A stretch of 64,000 nucleotides of DNA from contig NC_082726.1 of assembly GCF_030144855.1 (NCBI RefSeq), positions 31,682,001 through 31,746,000 on the forward strand, read 5' to 3'. Origin of the DNA: Hypanus sabinus. Its lineage: Eukaryota. Position numbers and translations under genes: made by a program. This document shows, piece by piece, positions 13,156 to 25,169 of the stretch (within the stretch, counting starts at the first letter, position 1; each line of letters opens with the position of its first letter). Below the pieces are notes generated by a model, which had not been told where the DNA came from, did no database searches, and was given only the letters and a program-made list of their open reading frames with translations.

Positions 13156-14441
13156 GTAGGAGACACTTCAATCCCCTCCTGTTAGAGGTTTGCTCTGAGA
13201 GCTATGTAGACTCATTGTGCCAAATGGCCCTCTAAGCTCCCTAGTAGAGCAGCTGTGAATATTTCCAAGTAATATAAACATAAACAGTCATAAGAAGTCC
13301 TCTCAGAAAGTTACTGTCGAGGAGAGATGTATGGGTTTTGATTACGTGGGCATTGCTGTAATGGAAATAAGGAAGGGGTTAATCTGCTCACAAACAGCAG
13401 CTGTTCTAAGGACCAGGTAATGCTTCCATAGAGCTATTAGGCTGCAGGTGCTGCATCTGAAATAGACCAGAAAATGCAGGCAATCTTCTTGTGCAAGTCA
13501 ATATCCATGGATTAACCTGAAACATTAAGTGCTTCTCTCTTCACAGATACTGCCTCACCTGTTCAGCAGTTTCTGTTTTTAAGCTCTGCTTTTAGACATT
13601 GGTAGTAGATAGACATTAGCCATTAGTAGGAGTTTAATGCCTGCTTAACGTCTCACCTGAAGGAAGTCACTCCAGGACTCTATCTGAACTGTCATCTCCT
13701 AGTTCACTGTTCACCTTCTGAGCCTTGTAGAAAGCTGCACTGTGTTTGCTCAGGGTACATCTGTCCCATAGAGCTGTCCAGTGTCCTTTCCTCAGCCACT
13801 GACTCGGCAATGAGACGCTGGTTATGCACCATCAGCTATGCTAGGCAGACCACGTGATATGGTTGTCTTTCTGGGAAGGATCCTCAGGTGAACAAAGAAT
13901 TGGATTTAAGGAGGGCATAAACACAAGATGCTGCAGATACTGGAAAGGTTGAGCAAAACGCCCAAAATGCTGGAAGAACTCTGCAAGTCAGGCAGCATCT
14001 CTGGAAGGCCTGATGAAGGGTCTCGGTCCAAAATGTCTACTTCCCTCCATTGATGCTGCCCGACTTGCTGGGTTTTCCAGCATTTTATGTGTGGGATTCA
14101 AGGAGGTTCTTGAAATTTCTTTGAGTTGACAAGGTGCAACTCCTACACTGACTCCTAGATGATCACCATTGAAAGTGGAGAAGGAACATTCAGGATGTTA
14201 CTGGGAACCTTTATCTATTCCATGTATCCTGGTCTCACAAAAGCCCTATGTACTTGGTGAAAGGAGCACACCATCTCAAAAAACCACCTGACAACTCCTG
14301 CTCTGTCCATCCCACATTAGCCTTGTCAGCCATCTTGGGTCCTACAGAGCTGCAGTGACCACACATCAACTGATAGCTATGGACTAACTGATTCACTCCT
14401 AAATGCTTTCTGTTGTGTCCAGAAGACTGTGTCAAACTTGG

Positions 14442-14652
14442 TGATGCACCATCAATAACTCTCGGAGACGTGAGTTAAGGTAGGCTTTTATTGGCTGGAA
14501 GAAAGCACAAGCAGCAAGAGACCACCACACAACATCGTGGACACTGAGGAAGGAGCAGTGCCTCCATTCACCTTTATACAGCGGTCTGTGGGAGGAGCCA
14601 CAGGAGCAGTCAGCAGAGGGCGTGTCCAGACAGGTATATGTAGTTCACCACA
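14442..14652 (-). mobile_element. Solo LTR related to the Gypsy element at 49355-53746
   Basis: Same termini (TGATGCACCATCAATAACT...TAGTTCACCACA) and shared internal blocks; 211 bp; 5-bp TSD CTTGG (14437-14441 and 14653-14657). Confidence 0.93.
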
Positions 14653-14852
14653 CTTGGTCAGACAGATTCAGGAAGAAATTAAGGTATGTCCTGATCCTGA
14701 TGAAGGGTCTTGGCCCAAAACATTGACTAATTGATTCCACTCCATAGATGCTGCTTGACTTGCTGAGCTTCTCCAGCATTTTGTGTGTGTGTGTTGCTCA
14801 TGATTTCGAGCATCTGCAGAAAGCAAAATCTTGTGTTTATGTCCATCTAGTG

Positions 14853-15572
14853 CAAGGGTCGGCAACCCGCGGCTCCGGAGCCGCATGCTCTTTGATCTCT
14901 GTGCTGCGGCTCCCCGTAGTTTGTTAGTTTTTGAAATGTAATTCGAAATTTGAAGATTATGGTGATCTTGTACAATCTAAAAACGTTGTGGAGACCCCAT
15001 TTCCTGGCACATCCGAACCGGCTCACAATTAGCCACCATTCTGGCTAAGGGAGATAGCCTACGGGAGTTTGTGAGTACGTGTCTTTTGGAGCATCCGCGC
15101 CCACGGGGACGGGTTGAGGGAGGCTTTAAATCAAGGCTGTTTAGTTCGAATAAAGTTACCTTTGACTGCAGTGTCTTTATTTTAGCGCTGCGTGTAGCGC
15201 TACACCGCTACAACGTGTTTTTTATCGCTATTAATATACATCACCACTGCCAGTGTGCACTTTCTTTTAATTCTTCGATCCAAGGTAGACTACCTATGGA
15301 GTAACCTTCAACCCAATGTCTTTTTTTTCGGAGTTCAAAATGTTTTTGTTGCATGCAGAAATGTAATTTCGTTTTCTGTGCAGGAGTTCATCAATTTCAT
15401 AAATGCAACACATTATAGTTTGTTTATACATAGCATAAAGGCAAAAAAAAACGTTGTATGCAGTGTTATTTCATTTTAAATGTCAAACGGGTTTTGTGGC
15501 TCCCAGTGTTTTCTTTTCTGTGGGAAACGGGTCCATATTGGCTTTTTCAGTGGTAAACGTTGCCGATCCCTG
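14853..15572. mobile_element. Non-autonomous hAT (Charlie-like) DNA transposon, 720 bp
   Basis: TIRs CAAGGGTCGGCAAC and GTTGCCGATCCCTG; 8-bp TSD ATCTAGTG/TTCTAGTG with the TCTAG core typical of Charlie-group targets. Confidence 0.88.
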
Positions 15573-15902
15573 TTCTAGTGTAACATTGAGAGTCCAATGC
15601 TAGGACCTTCAGTGCCTGTTGCGGCTCCCAAGCCTGTCCTATATAGAGAATGCACAATGTTCAGGGCATGATTAAAAAGATTCCACCAGATTTCTATTGC
15701 CAGACCTCCAATGTTTTCAGAAAGTGAAGTAAGAATGTTCCCACTCTGATGCAGAGTGAAATGCTGCAGGCACTGGTGAGAATGGAACTGATCGGTTCAG
15801 TAGAAGCTGGAGCATGTTGAGGTTGAGACGAGGCTGGCTTTGAGCAACCTGGACTTACTGTGTCTCCGTATATTCCATGTGATGGTTATTCCTTCCCAAC
15901 AG

Positions 15903-16097
15903 GGGGAGCGGATCACTCTGGTGAGAAGAGTTGATGAAAACTGGTTTGAAGGCAAAATCTCGGGCACAAACCGGCAAGGAATCTTCCCCGTCACATACGT
16001 GGAGGTGATTAAAAGGCCCAGGGTGAAGAATGCAGTCGACTTTCCAGATCCACCGGGCTCTTACTGTTCCAGCCGCAGCTCAACCAGTTCCCCACAG
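15903..16097 (+). CDS. SORBS1: SORBS1 exon, SH3-2 ([35 protein letters not shown]...SSPQ)
   Basis: Acceptor ttccttcccaacAG, donor CAG|GTAGTC, 65 codons, phase 0-0. Confidence 0.97.
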
Positions 16098-16770
16098 GTA
16101 GTCCATTGCTCTGTGTAAACTCTTAGCACCACCTAATGGTAAATGGTTGTATTACACCCAGGGCTAAACGTGAGGCCAAGGAACTGGCTCCTGATAATCC
16201 CTTCATCCTTGTACGCAGTTTATTTATAGTTCCATCAAAGACAAAACTAGACTCAACAGACACTAACCCCCACTTTCCATCCACCATCAGCTCTGCTTTA
16301 TATTTTTAACCATATCGCTTCCAATTGGAGACGATTTTCTCTGTAACTACAAGGAGTGATTGAGCAGGCTCGGTTTATTTTCACAGGAGTGTAGGAGACT
16401 GAGGAATGTGCTTACAGAGTTTTATATGAGGGGGAGGGTGTTGCAGTTTGCATAGTGCCTACAACCTGCCATTAGCCCATAGGGTTTAATCTTCTAGATT
16501 AATCCTGGACTGGGAAGTGCCTGTTCAGATTCCTGGATGGGGCTTGAAAGGGTCTGGAAATGGAGGGTATTCTGTCTTCTTCTGTCCAACTGGAATTTTA
16601 AGTCGCCGAGCACAGGCGTAGACAACACCACAGGACTGGGTTTCTAGCCTGGCAGCTTTCCGTTTTCCACTTGCTTTATTTTACCTGTTTGAGCCATTTT
16701 AATGACCTTTTGTTATTTCTTCCCCTTTGTCTAGTGATTCACATCTTTCTCTTCTCTTTTTTGTTTGAAG

Positions 16771-17430
16771 TTCTCTGGTAATTCTACTCGCCCTACACCA
16801 TCTCCTCCTCTCCCTCCTCCTCCTCCGTCTCACTACCGTAGAGTGGTGTCTCCAGATTTACAAGCCGTCACCTCTGACTGGATATCGCTGACTGTAGGTG
16901 TATCCCCGAGCCACACTCCCCTCACGACTCCACCACCTCCCCCTCTTCCCGAAAGCCTCTCCTCCGACAGGAGCTACCTGCGCGACTCAATGGGGGCCCA
17001 CTCTTTGCTGCCGAGGAGCCCTGCTCACTGGAGCCTCTCCAGAGAAGCAACGCCCTACTCTGAGCAATTACCGCAGCTCTCAGGCCGATCTCCGCAATCA
17101 GCTCAAGGTATTTGGGGGCAGGTTCAGAACACGCCCTCTCCAACCACCGGTGGCTGTACGTCGTCCTCTCCTTCCGCCTCACCTCTGGCACCTGGCTCAA
17201 GTCCAGTGCATGCGGCCAGTCATTTCACCGCCGCAAAGAGCAGGAGGGGCGAGGTGGAGGACCTTCCGACCATCCGAGCACAAAGTCCAGGCGGCCTCAA
17301 CCTGGGCAGGCACCAGAAGCCAAAAGAGGAGAAGCTCCCCACCATAGCGGCTGGGGAGTGGGAACTGTCCAAGGAGCTCCTGAGGATTGTGCAAGGGGAG
17401 AGCAGGCAGCCAGCAAAGCCGGTGGAGAAG
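16771..17430 (+). CDS. SORBS1: SORBS1 proline-rich alternative exon between SH3-2 and SH3-3 (ponsin insert)
   Basis: Long pyrimidine tract then gaAG. FSGNS...RRVVSPDLQAVTSDWISLTVGV...TPPPPPLPE resembles mammalian RRALSPEMHAVTSEWISLTVGV...TPPLPPLPE. In-frame donor AAG|GTACCT at 17430; the 3' boundary is less certain. Confidence 0.8.
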
Positions 17431-18868
17431 GTACCTGCAGCATGGTCGTGTGTGTATCCTGCGTGTGCAACACAGCATGGCAGCACCCAACAAATTAACC
17501 CAACTCCGTGGGAACTCTGTTTAATTAACGGGATAAAATTCCTGCAGCTGGGCAAAGGGCAGAGGTACAGCTTCAACCCCACTGTGGAACATTGAGTGGG
17601 TGGCCATTGAACCCTCTGGTCTAGTAAGGTCCTTACAGGTTGGATGTCCACCCTAGCCATAATGAGACTCTATATCCAGTCATGTCTTTTTCTACCAACA
17701 GTAGTGAACTTGGGAGGGGGGACATTAGGCTATGACTAGGCTAGACACAAGCAACTTTTGAACCACAACCAAACAGTTGTTGCTGCTGCCCCAGTGCTGA
17801 ATCAGAGACAGCAGCTGTTGAAGAACCTGTTGGTTTTCAATGGACTTCTATTCCTCCTCTTCCTCCTGTCTCATTCCCTCCCACCACTGACCCATTCCCA
17901 TCTCCCACCCCACTTCTTTCTGCCCTTCCACCTCCACCCCTTCCCCCGCCCCTCTTTCTTCCCCCCCCCCCCCCGCACTACAGTCTGCCCCAACCCCTGA
18001 ACCTTTCCCATTGTTCATCGATCCCTTCACCAGCATCAGTGGGTTGGATTTGTTCCTGGTGGGGTTTGTCATGTGACCTTTCCCTCACCAAACAGCTTTA
18101 CTCCTCACTTCACACTAATGTGCCAAACTATTCCCGGGGAAATAGCTTTTAAAGCTTGAGGATTTATTTTCCTGGTGCCTTCACTGCTGTGTTCATGGAT
18201 GAATCCTTAATCCCTCGAGTTGTCCAGACAACCTTGGATTCTCCAAGGCAACCCTGGAGCATTTGCAGCCTCACAGTGTGCAGTGATGGGGAGGCGCACG
18301 TGCTGCTTGGGCGTATGAATAAGTGGATCACAGCACCTGTGGGACAGAAGGCTTTCAGTTGCATCTTCTAGTACCTACAGTACCTTGGCAACTTCTGCAT
18401 TCCATGTGCTTGACTTTGCTCTCCACCTGACAAGGGGCTCCACGTGGAGATGTGCGCAGGAGTGTGCCTGGTCTCTGGGACCTGTTTCAGAGCTTGCTAG
18501 AAAATAAAGTTGCATGAAACTTGTAGGAGTGTGTCATTTTACTGCAACAGCTCACAAGCTAGCCACATTCTTTTCAGATGCCCCCTCTAATTCCTGTCTC
18601 CATGTCATCACCGGTTCCCATGCCAACACTTTCACTCCACTGTCCCTGCTACCATGGCTTGCCTCTACTGCCTCGGTCCCTTGTGTTCACCAGGTCTCTC
18701 TCCTGATTTGACCCTTGTACTTCACTCCCTCCCTGCTGTTCCCTCTCACGACTGCTTCTTATGTGTTTTTCTCCCCTCTTTTCACACCTACTATCTTGTA
18801 AACTCACCAAACTCGTGCTGGACTATCAGGAGAAATATTTAGATGAATTTGTGCTTTTCTGTCACCAG

Positions 18869-18967
18869 CCTAACTCAAGAAGTGACAGTGGAGCTGGAGG
18901 AAGGTTTTCCAGGAGTCCGGTTGTGTTTTCTGACTCTCCAGTTAATACCCTGAATTCTTCTTTTGTG
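18869..18967 (+). CDS. SORBS1: Probable SORBS1 99-nt cassette exon (PNSRSDSGAGGRFSRSPVVFSDSPVNTLNSSFV)
   Basis: Acceptor gcttttctgtcaccAG, consensus donor GTG|GTAAGT, 33 codons, phase 0-0, no stop. Position and SFV ending resemble the short mammalian exon ending SYV. Confidence 0.7.
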
Positions 18968-21478
18968 GTAAGTGTCCTTCGCGTCTTTTGCCAAGCTTTT
19001 AGCAGATTGTGAATTGTAGGAGACTTCGATGTTACATACTGCATTTCTGTAGTGCCTTCAGAATCTCAGCACATCCCAAAGCTTGATGTAGTCATGGTTT
19101 AGGGAAGTTCTCCTCTAGAGGAAGTTGATCTGAAGGTCAATCAGACCTCTCCACATCTCCATTTAGAGGCAAAGGACAGAAGCTGCTGGAAACTGGAACA
19201 ACAGACAATCTGCTGGAGAACTCAGCAGGTTAAGCAGTATCTGTGTGGGCTGGTGGGTAGGAGGAATGTTTTGCGTTGAAACCCTGCATCAGGAAATTGA
19301 ACAGGTGTGTCATGACCTGCTTGAGTTCATCCAGCACTTTTGTTTGTTGCTCCAGAACTCCCTTGAGGTTTCCTGGTTTAGCTGATGGCCCAAACAGACT
19401 CCAGCAAGGCCCAGGTTACCACTCCTCCACTGGAGTTCTTTGTAGAACCTGATTGGGCACCTCAGGTGACAGTGTCTTGTTCATAGAGGGAGAGCTCAAA
19501 TAATCCCATAACCTTGTGTGAATGCTACTTGCAGTATGTTTGTGACTCACGGTGACAATCTAAATCACCAAGGAAGTAGTCATACCTTTAAACATAACCT
19601 CAGTGCGTCCCGAAAGAATTCATTACCAGTACTGTACACTTGAATATGGGCGTCATTGTTATGCAGAAAGCAGTGGAGGCCATTTTGTATACAGCCAGAT
19701 CCCACAAATGGCAATGAGATTTCAGTTTATCTTTTCATTAGTAAAATCAGTTAAAGGATAAACATGGAGACCAAGCAATAACTCCCCTCTTCTTCATAAT
19801 AGTGGATGGTATTATGGAGACACAAGAGAAGGAAGATGTTGGACAGTGGAGCAGTAAATAAATTGGTGGAGAAAATCAGCTGGTGGAGGAGCTTCTGTGG
19901 AGGCAGAGGGGTAGTTGATGTTTCAGGTTGAGACCCTGCATTGGCGTACTGATATTATGATATCGTAAAATCGATGCAACACAGCAGGAGGCCATTCAAC
20001 CCATCTTATCCATGCCAGCACTCTACCTGAGCCTCTTTCTAGTTCCAACCCACCAGCTCTTCCTTGGAAAATTTTCTCCACTGTGCCACTTATCCAGTTT
20101 ATCCCTGCTGTATAAATGCTCCTGAAGGCCAAATAGAACCTGTCCCCATAGCATCCAACCACACACTGTGTAGAAAAATAATGTTTTCTCATCTGACTTT
20201 TAATTAATTTCTACTTTAATTTGTACTTGGCACCTCACATCCTCTCATTCTCAACACCTTCAATGGGAGCAACCTCCCTCCATAACTCTGTCTGGGCCCT
20301 TCATCACTCTATCAAATTCTTCTTCAGTTTTTCTAAGGAAGCTCTCTTAGTACCTCTAATCCATTCTAATAGCTCTAGTTCCTTGTTCCAGTATTTTTCC
20401 TGGACCCTCCAGAATATCTTTGCATACATCCTAGAACAAGGTGACCAACATCGAATAGAATATTGTGGCAGTTTTAGAAAAGTTTTCCCTCCTTCCTTCT
20501 GCTTCCAATTTAATCCAAGGAGAGAGTGAAATATTCTGGGTGATGGAAAGCAGCTTGTGCCCTCTTCAGTGACCAGCTAAAGAGTCTGTGGTAAGGGGTG
20601 ATGTCTTGGATGAACACTGTTTCAAGTACATATTGATTTTCCATTGTATACAAACATCTGAATTACTTCCCAAAGGAAACTGATTCTTCCACATATCTCT
20701 AATCTCTTTCCTCTGAGCTTTTCATTTTCATCCCTCGTGTCGCTTGGACTGTCATTTTTAGTTTGATCTGCTTTCATTGTCCTAGAGTGCTAATATTTGC
20801 TGACAATCTTCCTCTGTGCTGTGTCATAGTCCTTTCCCTGCTATTGAGCTTATCAAGTTTGTCATGTTATTAAAAAATGCTGGTAGCCTGTGTGAAGCCA
20901 ATAACACATGCTGCGATTTTTCCCTTTATAATTTGTCTGATGACCACAGCCTCCCCATCATTCATTGCGAGGACCAGATCTGACAGAGTCTGAAAAGAGC
21001 TACGTGGTAAGACGTAAATCACATGACAGGGCTTTGCAAAACTTGAAAGCCATTGTACTAAACTAATGCTTGTAATTTACCTAGATCGTGTTCCGGGCAG
21101 CAGCGACGAGCTTTAAATGTTAGATGTTAGTAGTGAGATGATGATTGAGTTTTTGGTCTGTGATTGACGAGAGCATGATTTCTGTTTATAAATTTAATTT
21201 ACTGATAGTAAGCATGACTATTAATATTTGATGTTTTTAATTACTAACTACTGCATCTTTGTGCTGCACTTTTTAATCCTGGAATTAAATCTGTGCTTCT
21301 TCTATATCTTGCCTATTTTTTCATGCTTGCCTTTGGATTACTCTGCACCACTGCGGTTTCCCGGATCTCTGACCTCCTTTAACTTGCCGGAATCCCACGA
21401 TGTGTTTGGAATGCACCCCCACACCCCTCCCCTCTTGTCTCTTTCCTCTTGTTCACTTGATGATGGTCCAACTGACAG

Positions 21479-21669
21479 GAGACAGTTTGCAATGAGATCA
21501 TCAACATTGCAGAAAAGTCTGTTCATTACTGCAGTAACCTTTCTCACCCGCTTCACTCTCGGCACAAGGTGTCTCCCCATGACAGTAAACAGTCTTTCAT
21601 CATTTCTCACCAACCTCAGGGGCAGCAGCGAGGGAGCAGTCTTGAGCGGAGCCAAACTCCAACTACCTT
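21479..21669 (+). CDS. SORBS1: SORBS1 exon (ETVCNEIINIAEKSVHYCS...QPQGQQRGSSLERSQTPTT)
   Basis: Acceptor ctgacAG, donor TT|GTAAGT (phase 2, joins 23346). Matches recalled EAVCNEIINIAEKSVHYCS...QPQAQQRRVTPDRSQT. Internal in-frame acceptors are possible. Confidence 0.85.
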
Positions 21670-23345
21670 GTAAGTATTCATGCGTGGGTCTTTCAATCCA
21701 TATTCTTCCTGTAACAAACCTAACCTCCACCAATGGCCATTAACTGGCACATTGACACCTCTGATTCATAATTCTGAGGTGATTGGTTGAAGGTAATTGG
21801 TGGATGTCAGAGGTAAGTTCTTTAAACAGAGAGTGGGTGAATGTGTGGAGCACACAACCGTGGGTGGTGTTAGAAGCAGATACATTAGGGACTTTGAAGA
21901 AACTCTTAGATAGGTGCATAGATGATATAAAAATGGAAGCCAATGTAGGAAGCAACACACAAAATGCTGGAGGAACTCAGCAGGCCAGACAGTGTCCATG
22001 GAAAAAAGTGCAGTCAGCATTTCGGGCTGAACCCTTTCGGCTCAGATTTCCAGTGTCTGCAGATTTTCTCTGGCCTATGTAGGAAGGACAAGTTAGGTTG
22101 ATCTTAGAGTACGTTAAAAATTCTTTAGGAAATTGTGAGCCGAGAGACATGAAGTGTTCTATATTCTATGTTCAAGTGATAATTGGGTTTGCTGCCTTAG
22201 GCTGTGGAACTGTTACAATTGGATTTAGTAGCTCCAAGAGAGCGGGAGAATTGACTATGGATAAATAACGGTCTTAAATTGGATTCGACATGCTTCGACA
22301 TGTGTGGATTCAGAATTAAGTTATGTTCTCACTCTCATAGCAACAAGCAATGTGTACAATGTTAGATAGAGTAACTACATACTGTCTTTATCCCAGAGAA
22401 AGGGAGTTATAAACTTTAAGGTAAGAGGGGAAAGATTTAAAAGAGACCTGATGAGCAACAACTTCATGCAGAGTACAAGTGGAACAAGTTGCCAGAGGAA
22501 GTGTTGAGACAGGTGAAATAACAAAGTTTAAAAGGCATTAGTACCGGTGCATGGATAGGAGGTGGTTAGAGGGGTTTGGGCCAAATGCAAGAAAATGGAA
22601 CTAGTTTAGATGGGCATCTTGTTTGGCCTTGGTGGATAGGGCCTGCTAATGCATTGCGTTACTTTGCTTCCCTTACCTATAATGTGAGAAATACCTAAAC
22701 GCTTCACAGCTTAATAGGAGGAGAATTGAGAGTGGGCTAAAAGGGGAAGTATTATGGAGGAGTGGCTTAAACCTCAGAAAAATATACAGGGTTATAAGAG
22801 AAAGTGGGGACGAGCAGAGAAGCACGCTGGAAGCTTGTGCCATTGAAGAAGTTCATGGTGACAACAGACTACTCGGCATAAACGATCCTGTGAGTACATT
22901 AGAGAAGGAAACTATCTAAGCAGGAGGCAATACTCTCAAGGGGGTAAAAATGTGGGAGCTGGAAATTCAGGACAATAGGAAATTAGACAGGGTAAGTAAA
23001 GCGCTAATTTGAAAAGAACTGATTTTATTTTACATTTATTAATTTGACCACTTCAAATCTCCTTTATTTTAGTGATTGGGGAGGTTGGAGGTAGGGGCAG
23101 GATATTGGAGTGGTCAGAAATAAACCTCTTTATTTGGAGTGTGGTGAGAGCATTGCTTCCCACACAAGATGTGCTTATGGCAAATTACAGTGACGTTTTT
23201 ATGAGGAAGCTGGAGAAACCCAAGGGAGAAGAAATCAAGGGACACATCAGTGGGAGAGGACACATGCAGCATATAAACACTGAAGATATCTTCTGCAATA
23301 ATTTCTTGATTTTTTTACACTGTTGTTTGGAATGCTTTCTCCTAG

Positions 23346-23452
23346 ATTCCAGGCAATATATAGCTACATCCCACAGAATGAAGATGAGCTGGAACTTCGG
23401 GAAGGTGATGTTGTTGACGTGATGGAGAAGTGTGATGATGGCTGGTTTGTTG
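23346..23452 (+). CDS. SORBS1: SORBS1 exon, SH3-3 ([36 protein letters not shown])
   Basis: Acceptor gctttctcctAG, donor G|GTAAGC, phases 2 to 1. Confidence 0.97.
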
Positions 23453-25169
23453 GTAAGCAGGGGACTATGCTGTAGCAATACACATAGAATAAAAGAACAG
23501 GCATGTGTACTGGTGATCTCTCTAAAACATGGCAGGGGATTAAGGAACTTGCATCTTTAATAGCCTCTGTAGCTAAAGCATTTCAAGCCCATTAGGTGTT
23601 ACTGAAATGTAGATACTATTGTACAGTGATGAACTAAGCACCCCAGGTGATCCCACAAATAGCAATTTCAAGATGTGCTCCACATCAGTGGTGTTGGGTG
23701 AGGGTAGCAGAACTCCAAATCTTGAGGCATCTGAAACTTCAACCAATGGGAACAGACAAAACAGTACATCTCTTCCAAAATCAGGCATGTTCAAAGACTG
23801 GGCTCTCTCTCAGTCCTCCTATTCTGGATTTTGGAGAGGTTCCCAAAGAATGGAAACCAAAAGTACAACACCAGTGTTCAGGGAGGGGGGAAGGCAGGAA
23901 GTTAGCAATTTGTAGGCAGTTAGCCTAACGCCTGTCACAGACTCATCACATCTTCGATGCAAGGGAAGAAAACAGGCTCTTTGGCCCAATAGGAGTGTGC
24001 TAACCATTATGTACTAATCATGTTCTTAAATATTGTTTGAGCATCTGCAGGTGGGATTAGTTTTGAATGGCATCATGATCAGCACAGACAGAGTGAGCTT
24101 TGAAGTATCTGTTGTTGTGCTGCACCCAGGTTCTATGTTCTGTGTACTGTTGTGGGAAGCCTTTGCTAACGAGATACTAACAGCACATTTAGGCAACTGT
24201 AGGACAACCAAGCAACAGCACCGTCATTTTATGGAAGGGAAATGATATATGACAAATTTGCTGGGATTCTTTAATGATGTAAGATGTAGGAGGAATAAAG
24301 GGGAGCAGGGCCTGTGGTGAATTTGGGTTTTTAGAAAGCTCTTGGTGAGGTGCCGTGAAGGTGGATAAAATGAAGGGAAGATGTTAGGAGAAATAGCTGC
24401 AGAGTGAGGGGTTAAAGGTTTATTGTTATTCAACCATCTGCATGTTTACAGCAAAATGAAATATTGTTCTGAGGTCAAGGTGCAAAACCACAGTATCACA
24501 CATAATGCACAACAAATATAGTTACGACAACACATAATAATCTTTGCACAAGTCCCTGAGTGGCATGGCCTGAAGTCTGATGGTGTATGGGATGTTGTCC
24601 TGGAGCCATGTTTCTGTTAGAACAGGTGCGCAGCAGTTCCTCATCTCCCACTGGGTCGGCCGCAAATGAAGGCGATCTAGCTTGTCTTCCAGGGAGCAAA
24701 TACTGGAGAGTAGTACCGGCAGGAGAGCCGTCCCTCAACCCAACACTCCTGCCACCATCTTTTCTCTCCCATGCTGCCTCCGAACCCTCCTCCCTGGGTG
24801 GCTGTAACAGGCAACTCAGCGGTGTGAGGGCCTGTTCTGCGCAGCAACCGAGGTTACACAGCTTTCCCACCATCGGTCTCTCCCAAAGAGCCAGACCTGC
24901 GGTGTTTTGTGTTCCCAATGTCCAACGGGGTCTTGCGATCACAGAAAAAAGTTTGACAAACATTTGCACCATTTTGTTGGACCCAGAGAGGCCGCTGCGG
25001 CCAAGCATGCCACCATCATACTGGAAACAAATGATTCAGCAGAAATGAGGAGGGCCTTTCTATCCAGAGTCATCTCCCTGGTGTAAAGTCATTGAATGTA
25101 CAACCAGTGGCCATTTTATTAGGTACACATGTGCACCTCATTAATCTGATTTTTACCTCGTCCTACCCT

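Noticed and set aside
17684-17707. Good-looking acceptor gtctttttctaccaacAG at 17701
   Set aside because: Phase-0 splicing hits TAG/TGA immediately and nothing else supports an exon.
21600-21612. Possible AT-AC (U12) acceptor at TTCTCAC|CAACCT
   Set aside because: No upstream exon has an ATATCC donor, and the frame extends to a normal AG acceptor at 21478 with SORBS1-like sequence.
24496-25048. Overlapping 170-aa and 153-aa ORFs in a GC-richer patch
   Set aside because: No recognisable homology or splice-compatible SORBS1 frame; adjoins LINE 3' sequence and is probably repeat-derived.
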